Shown here in pieces: positions 25,644 through 38,400 of a stretch of DNA of 64,000 nt; positions within the stretch are counted from its first letter, which is position 1, and the number at the start of each line of letters is the position of its first letter. Source of the DNA: Octopus vulgaris (taxonomy: Eukaryota); NCBI GenBank assembly GCA_951406725.2, contig OX597838.1, positions 13,144,001 through 13,208,000 on the forward strand, in the 5' to 3' direction. The notes under the pieces are model-generated. The model had not been told where the DNA came from and did not search any database. It saw nothing but the letters and a program-made list of their open reading frames with translations. The position numbers were made by a program, and so were the translations under genes.

Positions 25644-27235
25644 ATATATATATATATATATATTATATTTTGTGAAATTTGATTTAGTGTTTCTAAATTG
25701 AATTTTTCCCTGTAAGTTAGGAATAATATTCCCTCAAATATATATATATATGCATACATACACACACTATTTCATGAGTGTATCCCTGTATATACAGATT
25801 TCTATGTATATTTCTGCACTTGGCTTTGTGTGTATATATATATAGATATATATATGCAGATGTTTGCATATATGTATGTTTACAACTGTATGTGTATAAT
25901 TATAGGTTGAGATAATTGTGTATGTGATTACTTAATTGCACCATGTGGGTTTATGTTATATTACATCATGGTATACAATTGCTCGTGTAAGCGTGTACAT
26001 ACCTGTACATGTGTGTGTATTTAATTACACACACATGTATGTATATAATTTGTGTATATTGTACATGTACAAGTTTGTGTGTGTGTATATATATATATAG
26101 TTTAATCCCCTTTTTTTCATTATATATATATATATATATATGGTTCAAATGTACTGAAAACAAGAGACAGAGGCTTGTGAGGGAATAACAAGCAGGTGTA
26201 TTAGTTTGACATGCAAGGAATTGGGCAAGCCTTTGACATTTCGAGCCTATACTATACCCTATGTGTGTGCGTATTTATATGGAATCTTGGTTTATAAATT
26301 TAATTCATTCTTGAAAGGGTGTTCATTACCCGAAATGTTTGTAAATCAAAACTATTTTTCTCATAGGAAATTCTAGGTGTGGTTAATTCAAGCTGGGATG
26401 TGAAAGTTAGATAGCAACTGACACTTTCCTGTTGGTTCTCCCAGCTTGTCACTGACTATAGTTATCAGTTTGTGTGTTTGTTTGTTACTCGGCACATTGT
26501 TTGTCACCCGAGATGATTTTTGCTTGAAACTGATTTGTCTGTAATGAGAGGCATTTATAAACTAAGCTTCCAATGACAAAGGAACCGTGGTCCCAAACAG
26601 GAGTTTCAATGCATTCGTTCAATCTGCTAGAAATGGCAGCCAAATTTCACTTATAACCCACTTGTCTTTAAAAAATGGAAGGACCCATTGGATAATGTAG
26701 TCACAGACACACTATGTAGCAGGGTAAATTAAAAACAAAACAGGATGGTCATTAATGGTACAGCTTTAATCAAAGAATTCTTGACTGGAATTGACCTGTG
26801 ATGCATTAAAATCGTGTCTGAATAGATACTGAAATTCTACCAAAATATTGTTGTTAATCTTCAAGACTCTCTATCCTCCACCATCACCATTCCTTGCAGC
26901 TGCAGACTGCCACTTATTTTACCTAATTTCTGTGGCACTGAGGTCATTTGTTTCTTGGTGGTGATGGTAATGGATCTGAGCCCCCACCTCCACCAATATC
27001 AGTGTGTTATTAATTAAAACATGACAGCCTCATCCTGAAGCATTTTCTTTGGCAGACATCCATCATGTCTTCAGTACACACGTCCTGCCTATCCTGTAAT
27101 CCCACAGAAATCTATTGCTATAATAGTGAAACAAAGTGTATATGTGTATTCACACACACACACACACACATTTGAAGATTATATATACATGTTTACAGTG
27201 TATTATAAAAGATTATATATATATATACACACATA

Positions 27236-27660
27236 CAGGGTGTGATGGGTAAATTGTCACCATTTTATACTTCTTATTTTGCGCGTGCTCTTTGTTTGTT
27301 TTTGATGTTGTCAACTACACAGTATAGTAGGGTTAGTTGGGCACCAGCTGTGAGGAAAAACAGCACCATGACGCAATTCACTCTGCCAGAAATTTGGAAA
27401 CAACATGCCGTACTGTTTGGCATTCATGCTGGAAGCTCCAATGCAAACATTTCAGAGTGTTTGGGTGTCAATCTGAGGACAGTGCAATCTGAAGATACGT
27501 ACCGAGAGTGATGAAAAACTCAAACATCCAGTCAACATCATGGTGTTTGGAGTGATCCCTAGTGATGGTGATGTTATGCCTCCATTTTCCCACTCAATAC
27601 GGAGGCCTACATCAAGTGTCTGGAAGCGGTAGTGCTGCCCTGGGTCAAAAGGGTGGTTGC
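27236..27660 (+). mobile_element. Internally deleted Tc1/mariner-superfamily transposon with transposase remnants
   Basis: TA|CAGGGTG start; HTH-like ISECLGVNLRTVQ; catalytic-domain-like KHPVNIMVFGVIPSDGDVMPPF and NTEAYIKCLEAVVLPWVKRV in shifted frames. Confidence 0.8.
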
Positions 27661-28290
27661 TATTTCTTTTAGCTTTTTTCTATTTTGTGTTCGACCTTTA
27701 AAAACAAATTATTTCACTTTCTCTCAAAGTTTCTAAATTCTTGTGGAAGTAAATAATTCATATTATATATATATACGTAATAATTTAATATTCTGGTAGA
27801 CATCTTGTAGTAATGCCATTGAAAGCCTGTTCACAGCATTTGGCTACTTGATGGAAGTATATTCAATGAATTTACTTCAGGAATTCCTTTGTGTCTGTAG
27901 AATTAGGGAAAGAAAATGGAATTCATGAGATTCTTTTATTATTCGTTAGAATAATTTTGACCCATCATGCACTAGTTTAGCATCTCATCAACAAAGCACC
28001 GGTGCACAGTGGGTCAAAACAATTGTAGTGAATAATAAAACATCTCAGGGATTCCATTTTCTTTCTCTTATATATATTTGATTCCACTTAATTTTACATT
28101 TCTTTGTTCAGAGTTTGGTAATTCGAAATAACCAAATGGAACAGTCAACCCAAAAAAAAAGAGAAAAAAAAAATGGGAAAAGGAAAAAATATTTTTTCTT
28201 TCTTTTCCCCAAATTAAGAATTGTTTGTCAGTCATTGAAATCTTTGCGATGCTCTTTATTCATTCAAAGAATTTTCTTGTTTCCATCCAG

Positions 28291-28443
28291 CTCTTCTAAG
28301 ACATCATGTCATCGCCCATCTCCACTGTTACCACACTCCCCCATTGTGTCAGATGGAGCTCCGCATCCTCCTCTCGGCCCAGAGGAGGTTGTGCCACTGA
28401 GTTCTCGAACTATTGACACATATGCAGCGGCCATGTTCCAGAG
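28291..28443 (+). CDS. PXN: Probable paxillin-gene internal exon (SSKTSCHRPSPLLPHSPIVSDGAPHPPLGPEEVVPLSSRTIDTYAAAMFQR)
   Basis: ttttcttgtttccatccAG| … CAG AG|GTcaga; 153 nt, phase 2-2; Pro/Ser-rich; phase-compatible with the downstream exons leading to LD4. Confidence 0.6.
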
Positions 28444-29053
28444 GTCAGACATCTTAAATAAATTATATTGCATGATGGGTATTGTACTGGTCCTACTGTC
28501 AATTATTTCTATATTTATTTTATTCGTTTAGTTTCAGTAAATTTTTTATTATTTTGCTTGATAAATGTCATGAGGGTTTTGTTGCATATCATTGGCTGTT
28601 GTCACTTCCTGTTGTCACTCGCTGTTGTCACTTCTCATTTTCTGTTGTGAAATTCTTACATTTCTCTAGCTTTTACTTTCCTTTTGTTTCTGGTTTTCTT
28701 TTCCTCTTCAGTGCTTATGCGTTTAGTAATGTGTCAGTAACGTATTTAGATTACAAATAGGAAAACATACATTTCACATGTAGCTGATAATTTAACTGCT
28801 GCTCAACAGCTGTTTCAACAACAGCAGATATCATTATATAGTTACATAGTTATTCTATTTAAAATGAAGTTTACTGCATTATAGCAATGTATGGGAGTTT
28901 AACATGCTGAGCTCTTAATTTCCCCAGATATTCTTCAATTCTTTATATTTAGATTAATGTATCGATAATGTGACTGATTCATATGTGTCTGTTTGTCTGT
29001 CTGTCTGAGTATCTATTTATCTATCTATCTATATATCTATATATATATATCTA

Positions 29054-29106
<53 letters not shown>

Positions 29107-29291
29107 TATATAGGAAAAATTAGATAGATAGATAGATAGATTTTATATATATAGATAGACAGACAAACAGTTAGGAGATCCAGCCGTAGAAACACTATTT
29201 GACTGGGCACTGTGAAGCCTTGGCTTTAGATCCGTCCAACCCATGCTAGCATGGAAAACGGACGTAAACGATGATGATGATGATGATAATT

Positions 29292-29332
<41 letters not shown>

Positions 29333-30621
29333 TAGTAATGTATGTATCTATGTGATGTATATGTGTTCATATACTTTTTAAAGCTGGCAATGGGCTGGAA
29401 AATACTTGTGGCAGTATTCCATGACCAAATGCTCTTCCTGTTGCAAACCATTACTTGTTTTCAAATAAACCACTGTATATCACTGGTCTTTCCATGTTGA
29501 ACTGCTGAACAAATTCTTCATGCTGCACATAAACAAATGGCTGCACGTATGTATATATCATCAACAGCATTTAATGTCCATATTTAATGCTGGCATGGGT
29601 AAGATAGTTTAAGGGACTCTAAGCCAGAGGACTGCATCGTGCTCCAATATCTGCTTTGGCATGGTTTTCTACAGCTGGATGCCCTTCCTTACACCTACCA
29701 CTTCGCAGCCTCTACTGGGTGCTTTTTTTTCTCAGCACCAGCATTAGTGAGGTTACCGTGCATCTTTCAAATCTACGATCCCTTTCAACTAAGTTGGGCT
29801 ACCACCACAGGGTCAGGGGCCATCTTTATGCTAGATGTGAGATTAAAATATGACAGAAGAGGCCAGGCATGCATATTTTATCTGAATGTTTATTTCCATA
29901 ATAATAATAATAATAATAATAATAAAATTATAAGCGGCAGTTTGCACAGAAATCTTCTCTTTCTCAGCACTTTCCTTTTTCATTTCACTGTCTTGAGATT
30001 GGTAGTCGGTAGAGGTGAGGAAGGCATTTGATCTTTTTAAAATTTGATTTACTTTTTGACAATTTCAGATTTTTATGTTGTGGAGTTTCTTCATTTCTTG
30101 ACTCTCGTCCGTCTTTTCCCAAACAGTAGTGATTACTGTTATCGTCATTGACATCATCTTGAGCTACATCACTGTCATCATCATAATCATTAACATGAGT
30201 ATCATATCATCATTATCATCATGACCATGAACATCATCATCACTTCATTAAGTCATCATTTCATTAAGTCATCATTTCATCATCATCATTAACATGAGTA
30301 TCATATCATATTGTTATCATCATCATCGTCCTCAATATTATCATCACTACCATGTCCATGAGCATCATCATCATCATCATCATCATCCTTGATGTTCTTC
30401 AACATCATCTGAAATTTGACTTATTATTAAGCAAGAGAAATATCCAAGAGAATTACTTACTAAGTATACTTTGCAGGAAGGTAATTAAGTTTGGGTTCAA
30501 ATCCTTAGTTTCATCGCTCCACCCTAACAACAACTACAATCAGTCAGAAAAATAAAATAAGCTACCAGGGTACACTGAGGCCGATTTTTTTTTTTTTTTT
30601 TTTTCAACTATACATATCCTG

Positions 30622-30805
30622 TGTCGGTGGCACGTAAAAAGCACCCACTACACTCATGGAGTGGTTGGCGTTAGGAAGGGCATCCAGCCGTAGAAACATT
30701 GCCAGATCAGACTGGGCCTGGTGCAGCCTTCTGACTTCCCAGACCCCAGTTGAACTGTCCAACCCATGCTAGCATGGAAAGCGGATGCTAAACGATGATG
30801 ATGAT
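30622..30805 (+). mobile_element. Family C repeat
   Basis: gtcggtggcacgtaaaaagcacccactacac…aaacgatgatgatg. Confidence 0.8.
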
Positions 30806-31721
30806 ATCACTCCCCTTATCAGCTTGTATTTGGGTGTAGATGTTAAAAATGGATTGGTTAGTGTATGGGGGCTTGTAGATGTCAATGTCCGTAGAGTACC
30901 ATACAGCACAAAATACCTTGTGGTGTTTCATTGGGTGATTCACTTTCATAGTTCTATGCCCCACCTTTTCTTCAGTTTGTTGCTCTGCACTGACATTAGA
31001 AATAGCAGTCGTGTACATTCCTTTAGCTTCTGAGTTTGAAATCCAGCCAGGTAGTGTGTGGGTCGGGGAAGATCATCTTCTGGCAAAAACCTTCCAAGCA
31101 TGGGTCAATATAAGCACTTGTCCAAATACTGGGTACGGGTTTAATTAACTACACCCTTCTACTAAAACTTGTGACTAGCATCCACCACTTCCACAACCAC
31201 CAGTACCATCTTCATCATCATCATCATTAGTAAGAGCACACATCTTTTTTTTTTCATGCCACACCAAATCATCATCATCATCGTTTAACGTCTGCTTTCC
31301 ATGCTAGCATGGGTTGGACTAAATCATTGTCATAGCAGAATGTATTAATTAGACACCATACCATAATTAGGACAGATAGTATCAACTTTCTATGGTTATG
31401 ACAGACAATATTTTGTAGGGGATACACCACACTTTGGTTAGAACTGACAGTATTTTCTAGGGAACACGCCATACTTTGGTTAAGGACACAATGGTCACAA
31501 AATGCATTTTCTGTCATCCTGTGGACAAAAATATTTAAAAACTCACTCAAGTTTTTAAAAATATGGTATTGTTTTATTTATTTGTTCAGTTTTTTTTTGT
31601 TGGTATCTATGTGTGTATATGTGTGTGTGTGTGTGTGTAGATGTTTAGTGCTGGTGTAGGCTGTGTGTGTTTGTCAGTATAACTCATGATTATACTGTTT
31701 GCATATGTTGTGGCTTAGGTT

Positions 31722-31800
<79 letters not shown>

Positions 31801-32221
31801 GTGTGTGTTTAGTTATGTGTGTGTTCGTATAATGCCCAAATAAGTGTGTACATATCAGTTCACATATGTGTATTCAGAATTTATACATGTTAATGTATGG
31901 TTTGTTTGTTTGTGTGTGTGTATGTATGTATGTATGTATGTGTGTGTGTGTGTGTGTGAGTCTATGTATACACACATTCACACACATGAGTGTATGTGTG
32001 TTTATTTGTAAAACTTGTGCACTTTTGTGCGTGTATGCACATATGTAATGTCATTGTTTTTGTTTGTGCATATATATCAGTTTTTATAAATACTCCAACT
32101 CTCTATTTTGTATATGTGTGTGTATGTGTATGTGATAGGCATAAAAGATGTATATTTTGACAAAAAAAAAAGTTCCAATATCTTTTGACTGTTTTTTTTT
32201 TGTTTTTCTTTATATTATCAG

Positions 32222-32234
32222 AATTGATGGGGAG
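32222..32234 (+). CDS. PXN: Predicted 13-nt microexon (R-I-D-G-E), phase 2 in and phase 0 out; an alternative donor at 32269 would give a 48-nt phase 2-2 exon
   Basis: Long U-rich tract gtttttttttgtttttctttatattatcAG, then GAG|GTAACA; exactly bridges the phase-2 donor at 28443 to the phase-0 acceptors at 32423 and 47744. Confidence 0.45.
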
Positions 32235-32422
32235 GTAACAACGGTGACCTCTGACCTTATCCGCCTGAGGTTGTTTGACCCAAACTGCGACTGGTCTTAT
32301 AACAGTTTCATCTACGTCCCCCAAAAAAACACCAAAACAAAAAGCAAAACTAAACAAAAAAAATCCCTCCCTGTCATCTAAAATTCTTCTTTGCACCAAA
32401 TTCTTCTATTTTGTTGGTTTAG

Positions 32423-35400
32423 CCAGCGGTCATGTATTCTATGTCGCAAACCACTTTAGCCGAGCGAGAGGGCCGAGAGAATCAAACACACAGCCGCAAT
32501 AGCTCGGCGCCGTTTGTTCGGACACATACATTGACCTCTGGCAGGATGGCCAGTTTCTCAGAAAATGGAAAGTTTTCGCATTTAGAGCACCGGTTGAATA
32601 ACACTTCACAGACCTCAACCGGGGTCGAGAATGATCAGAGTTGCTGCACTGACAGAAAGAGGGGGACTAAGACAACTGTGAGACATTCCAATTTCCAGTC
32701 TGAACTGGATTCTGTACTTAAAGCTAGATCAACTCCGATCAAGAAAGCACCACAAATTCCGGCCCTTAGAGGTAACCCTAACAATCCGAACTCTTCTTCC
32801 ACTTTTGAAACCATTCCTAACTCATCTGCAGGTAGCATTAGTAGTGTAAATAGGAAACAGTCACCAGCCCATAGCCTTTCAGATCAACCCGTATCATTTA
32901 GAGTAGCAGCCGCACCTGTACAAACGCATGCTCCTCCTTCACCCCTACCTCCTCCGCTTGACCTTCCCCCACCGCCGAATCTCCCCCGCCTCTCAGGGCC
33001 CCACCCACCAACTCGTAGTGCTTCATTGAATGTCAAAACAGGTCAAATGTCAAATAATTTGAACAGCTCCCCATTTCGGCAGTCTGGCCGTGCGAGGTCT
33101 TCAACGAAAGGGAGCCACACGAGTAGCATCTTGAGGTCTGGCTTTTTGGATACGTCAGATCTGGAAGACTGTCGGACACCCGAGATCAGTGAACTGAATT
33201 TCTCTATAGGACACGGTACACCCGTTGCATCAGAAAGCGGATCAAGAAGCATCCAACAGCCTGCCCCCTCAGTGGATTCAAGCAGGTTTGCCTTGACTTC
33301 AAAACCAACAAGCAAAATCGATGAGCCCATCCCAGTGTATCTGAAATGCCAGACTTGGTGCAACAAAATACCTGATGCTGGAGGCAAAAAGGCACCCGTC
33401 CCTCAACCAAAAATGAGTGAAGAATTGCGAAACATTGAATCATTTGAGTCAGCAATGTTGGACTGGTTTCAGACTATTACACAGGCAAATGACACAGATG
33501 ACTTAAGATCAGAAACGTCAGTGAGTTCTGTTGGTTCGCGCAAGTCCGAATGTCGGCTCCGGTCAATCATATCCAACCGTTTCCAAACATCAGACCAAAT
33601 TGAGAATGTTCTCACTGATTTACTGGCTGTCTCTGATCAATATGCACAGCTGACTGATTCAGAGTCTATAGGCCCAGCAGCTTTGGATCCTCTGGAATCA
33701 AGATATCGAACTTTTGGTCGCAAGCCTGGTTCAGCTCCCCGGTCCCGAATGTTCCGAAGAACTTCTGGATATCGAAGCGGGGATATGTCTGAAACAGAGT
33801 CCGATTCGGAGAGACCTGCACATCCAAGTAGTTACAAGACCGTCTTATCCGAACTTCAGGCAGTTTTGAGGAAAAGAAAAGTCACACCGAAAACGCCGTC
33901 TGTGGAATCTGGTTTGGGTTCCTCTGAAAATTCTATGAAAGCTACCTCTGAGACCATGTCACCACCTATTTCCAGGCAGAGCAAAGCTTCAACCCCTCCT
34001 GCTCCACCTCCTAAACCTCAGATGGCAAAGGTACATGAAGCTAACCCAGATTCAGTCCAAACAGCCAGTAAAACCCAACGACGGCCATTAGTGAATCCAG
34101 GTGATTTTCAAGTTCTGCTGGGTGAATTAAGCACAGCATGGTCTAAGCGTCTCAGAAGAATACGGAAAGCTCAGGTAGTCTCACAGAGAGGAGGGGAAAG
34201 TTCACTGTATGCCAACTTCCAAGGGTTCCGTGTCCCTGAAACTCTGGCCAGCGATTCATCATCAAAATATAAGAACTTTGAAGGTGTTCGGACTCCAGCT
34301 GAATCAATAGCTGAAGAAGATGCTGAAGATCTAAAAAATTATGAGAGTTTCGAAGCAAGAAAATCTAAATTTATGGCTAACAGCTCATCACGTCAATACG
34401 AAAGTGATCAAGAATATACAAGACCTTCGTTTGGCAGAATTCGGGGTCCTGGCATGAATAATGACATGGTGCGGCCCTCGAGGGTGTCTGTCAGAAAGCA
34501 AGCATTCCAGTCTCCAAATGAAAACCAGTCAAGGAGGAAACCTGATCTGGAGACGTGTTCACTCCAATCTTTTAGTGTCCGGCCTATTTCCAAAATGCAG
34601 AACAATTTTGGAAGTGCTGTTGTCAGTGATAATGAATTTGATGATCGAAATGAGGGTTTTCGGAGGCATCGGTCACGGCATAACCCTGAACAACGTCGTA
34701 TATGGCAAAACATTGAGTATATTCAGGTTAATTCACGACAGACTCCTTCAAGACATGGTTCTGAGCAAAGTCTTCCACAGCTAATGGCAGAATCACAGGG
34801 TCGGCCACGACGGCGTGAACGTACTCCCCAAATTGTTGAAAACCAGTCTTCCCAGCAGCCTCTTCAACATTCTCAGTCAAGAGATGATGTCAGTTGCTCT
34901 TCCCTTCACCTTTCTAGGGATGTTTCATCCAAACCAAAAGTGGATGAACAGATCCCCTCTCCAGAAGATAGCAAGGAACAACCAAAGCATGAATCTTCTA
35001 CAGTATTAACATTGTCCAATAGCAACCAAGGTCCAAAAGTGAAAGCAGTCAGTCAAAAGACAGACACTAAATCTGAATTTCATAAAAGAATTGAGCAAAT
35101 TTCAGCTGATGATTCCAATAGATCTGCTGACCCAGAAGCAAGGAAATTCTTGGTAGCTGGTATAACAGATGTATCAAAGCAGCTACAGTCTGCAATTTCT
35201 GAAGCAACAGAGAAACCAGCACCATTAAGTATGAAGTTATCTTCACCAGTTAATCAGAACATTGGACCTACCAAGGCACCAAACACTGATCATATGAATG
35301 TTGGGGAGGAAAAGGAGATTATTTTAGAAAGGCTACAGAAAATTGGAGATGCTAAATTTGTCAGCAAAGAAGAACTCCCAGATTTGCCAATGGATATTGT

Positions 35401-38400
35401 TAAAGCCAGTGCTATGATAGTAAAACCGTTAGTTACATCCAATCTGAAAAAATTAATTGGTGGTGGAAAGGAAGAAGAGAAACCAAAAAGCTTGGGAAAG
35501 TCTGAAGTAGTTCTTAATTTCTCTGAGACAGCTGTGCAAGAGCAGACAGTTCTGTCAGAATACGAAGACAATGTCATTTTGGGTGGCATTGAAGACAAAT
35601 TGGTTCCAGAAAAGAAACCAGATACTTCTGATGGATTTGATATGGATAACAGCAGAATCTTGTCTGAAATGAATGTTGACCAAAAGTTATCCCTGGAAGA
35701 ACCTAGTGAAAACGAGTCTGTTATCAGTAAGGCCAAAGTTGAAATTACATCTACAAAAACTACAGCCGTCACGGTGCTTCAGAGTTCAGTCTCTGAAGAA
35801 ACCAAAGCAAGTGATACTGTATTAAAGAGTGAAGGTATTACTGAAGATCAACAAGCAACAGATGGTTTGGTGGAAGATGCTGAAGATCAAGTGACTTCAT
35901 CAAATATCTCCATCAGTTTAGACCATCCTGTCATAGGAATGGAAAATGTTGAAGAAAGTGACCAAGAAACAAAACACAAATCTGAGACCGTTCTCTTCCT
36001 TCCTTATACAAAAGAACCACAACAGAACGAAGTCAGTGAACCTCAACCTGTCACTGTAGACAGTTTGAAGTCATCAACTGTTGTCTTGTCTTCAATAAAC
36101 ACAGAACATTCCTTACCTTCTGAAAATCTCCTCATTGATTCCTTAACATACGAGAACAGTAAAGAACAAACTGAGAACTTAGAGGTAACACCTGAAGAAG
36201 CGAGTAGTATAGAAGTTGTACCAATGTCACAAGACCTGCCAGTGTTACAAGATGTGCCAGTGATACAAGATGCCAAGGTTTCTTCAGCACAAATTGAATT
36301 AGGCCAATCAGAAGAAAACATTGAAGAAATAACTAATGTGTCTGTGACATTATCTCTGGGTGAAAATTCTGATTTAAAGAAGCCAGAAGAGTCAGTGCTT
36401 AAACCAGAAGAATCACTGGTTATACCAGAAGAATCACTGGTTAAACCAGAAGAATTACTGGTTAAACCAGAAGAATCACTGGTTAAGCCAGAAGAATCAC
36501 TGGTTAAACCAGAAGAGTCACTGACTAAGCCGGAAGAGTCACTGGTTAAACCAGAAGAATTACTGGTTAAACCAGAAGAATCACTGGTTATACCTGAAGA
36601 ATCACTGGTTAAACCAGAAGAGTCACTGACTAAGCCGGAAGAATCACTAGTTATACCAGAAGAGTCACTGACTAAGCCTGAAGAGTCACTGGTTAAACCA
36701 TATGAAAAAGATGAAGAAAAGGAATCTTTGGATGTGGAACAAATTTCTTGTGAGCAAGAAGACCATCAGATTGAACATGACCAACTTGTTGAAGAGAAGG
36801 GTTTGAAGAAGAGTGAGGCAGAAGGAAGCAAACAAGAAACATCTGATATCTCTGAGATAATGGATACGTTTGATGACTTGCAGAAGGAATTGAGATTAAT
36901 GGAATCTTCTTTGGAAGAAAACTCTGCAAAAGGTCCAACGATAGAGAGTATGCTTCAGGAGGCATTGGTAAAGACGTATTCAATTGATGTTCTGTCACAG
37001 TTGAATCAATCTGATGAGGATAGCTTTGAACCAGGGATAATCTGTGGTCAGTGGATTAAGAAGGGGACAACAGTTAGATCTGAAAGTTCAGTGGTGAAAG
37101 AGGAATTCAAGCATGAAACTCAAGTCATAGATTTTGGGGAAGAATTGGTAAATGCTGGAGACCTGGCAGATTCTGTTTCAGAGCAATTAGACAGTGGTGA
37201 AGGTGAGTTGAAAACTGAAAATCTTGGTTTTGTAGAGCACGAGGAATTTGATTATGTTCAGAAGATCCCTAGTGATTTCATAGAAGATGAAATCTATGAC
37301 AATGTTCCAAGTGTAACAGAGGGTTCCATCCCATTTGTATCTGCTGAATCAAAATCACCTGATGCATTGCTAATGAAGGAGGAAGAAGAACATACAGAAA
37401 AACTGACAGAAAAAATGATTCCCAGTAACATAATGTCTATGGAGACAGTAACATCTTCGAGAACATCATTTGTCTTGGAGGAAACATCTGTTCCAGCTGT
37501 ATTAGAGTTTGAGGCATCCATTTCAGGGCCAACCAATTTGGAAACCTCCGCTCAGGCAACAGCAGGACTTGAACCAACGTATACCTTGACACCATTAGAG
37601 CAAGACAGTTGTATTGTGGAACCAGCTCCAATGGTAACTCATAGAGGGATGGAGCCACCTACAGAGGTGTCAACAAGGCTGGAGTCATACATAGAGTCAT
37701 CAGCAGACCTGGAGTCGCATATACAAACATCAATAGACCTGGAGTCATGTACAGAAACATCAGTAGAATTTGATTCACCTTCAGTAGAATTACCAGAAAA
37801 ACAGCAAGCACCCATCGATGCATCTGCAGAGCTGGAGAGGCTTAGAATGGCACTGGCACAGATGGAGCCATCAAGTGTGATACCTCCACAGATGGAGCCA
37901 TCGTCTGAGGCACAATCACAACTGGAGGCTCTTAGAATGGCACTGGCACAAATGGAACCATCAAGCGCCACACCTCCACAACTGGAGTCCCCAAGCGCAA
38001 TGCCTCCACAACTGGAGCCGTCGTCTGAGGCACAATCACAACTGGAGGCTCTAAGAATGGCACTGGCACAAATGGAGCCAGTAAATGCAACGCCTCAGCA
38101 ACCAGAGCCATCAAACGTCACGCTTCCACAGTTGGTGCCATCAGCCACGGCACAGTCACAACTGGAGAAACTTAGTATGGCACTGTCACAAATGGAATCA
38201 TCACCTGCAGCTCTCCCACGGCTGGAGCCATCGGCTGTGGCACAGTCACAGTTGGATAAACTTAGTTTGGCACTGTCACAAATGGGGTCATCATCAGTGG
38301 CGTCTTCACAGCTGGAGCCAAGAACAGTGGCATTATCTGAATTGGAATCGTCCATTGAGGCTGTACCAACGGAGTTGCAGCTGTGTACCATGCAGGTAAC

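Noticed and set aside
26900-26942. Possible small + strand exon ending CTGAG|GTCATT
   Set aside because: Ambiguous acceptors, weak donor and no recognisable motif
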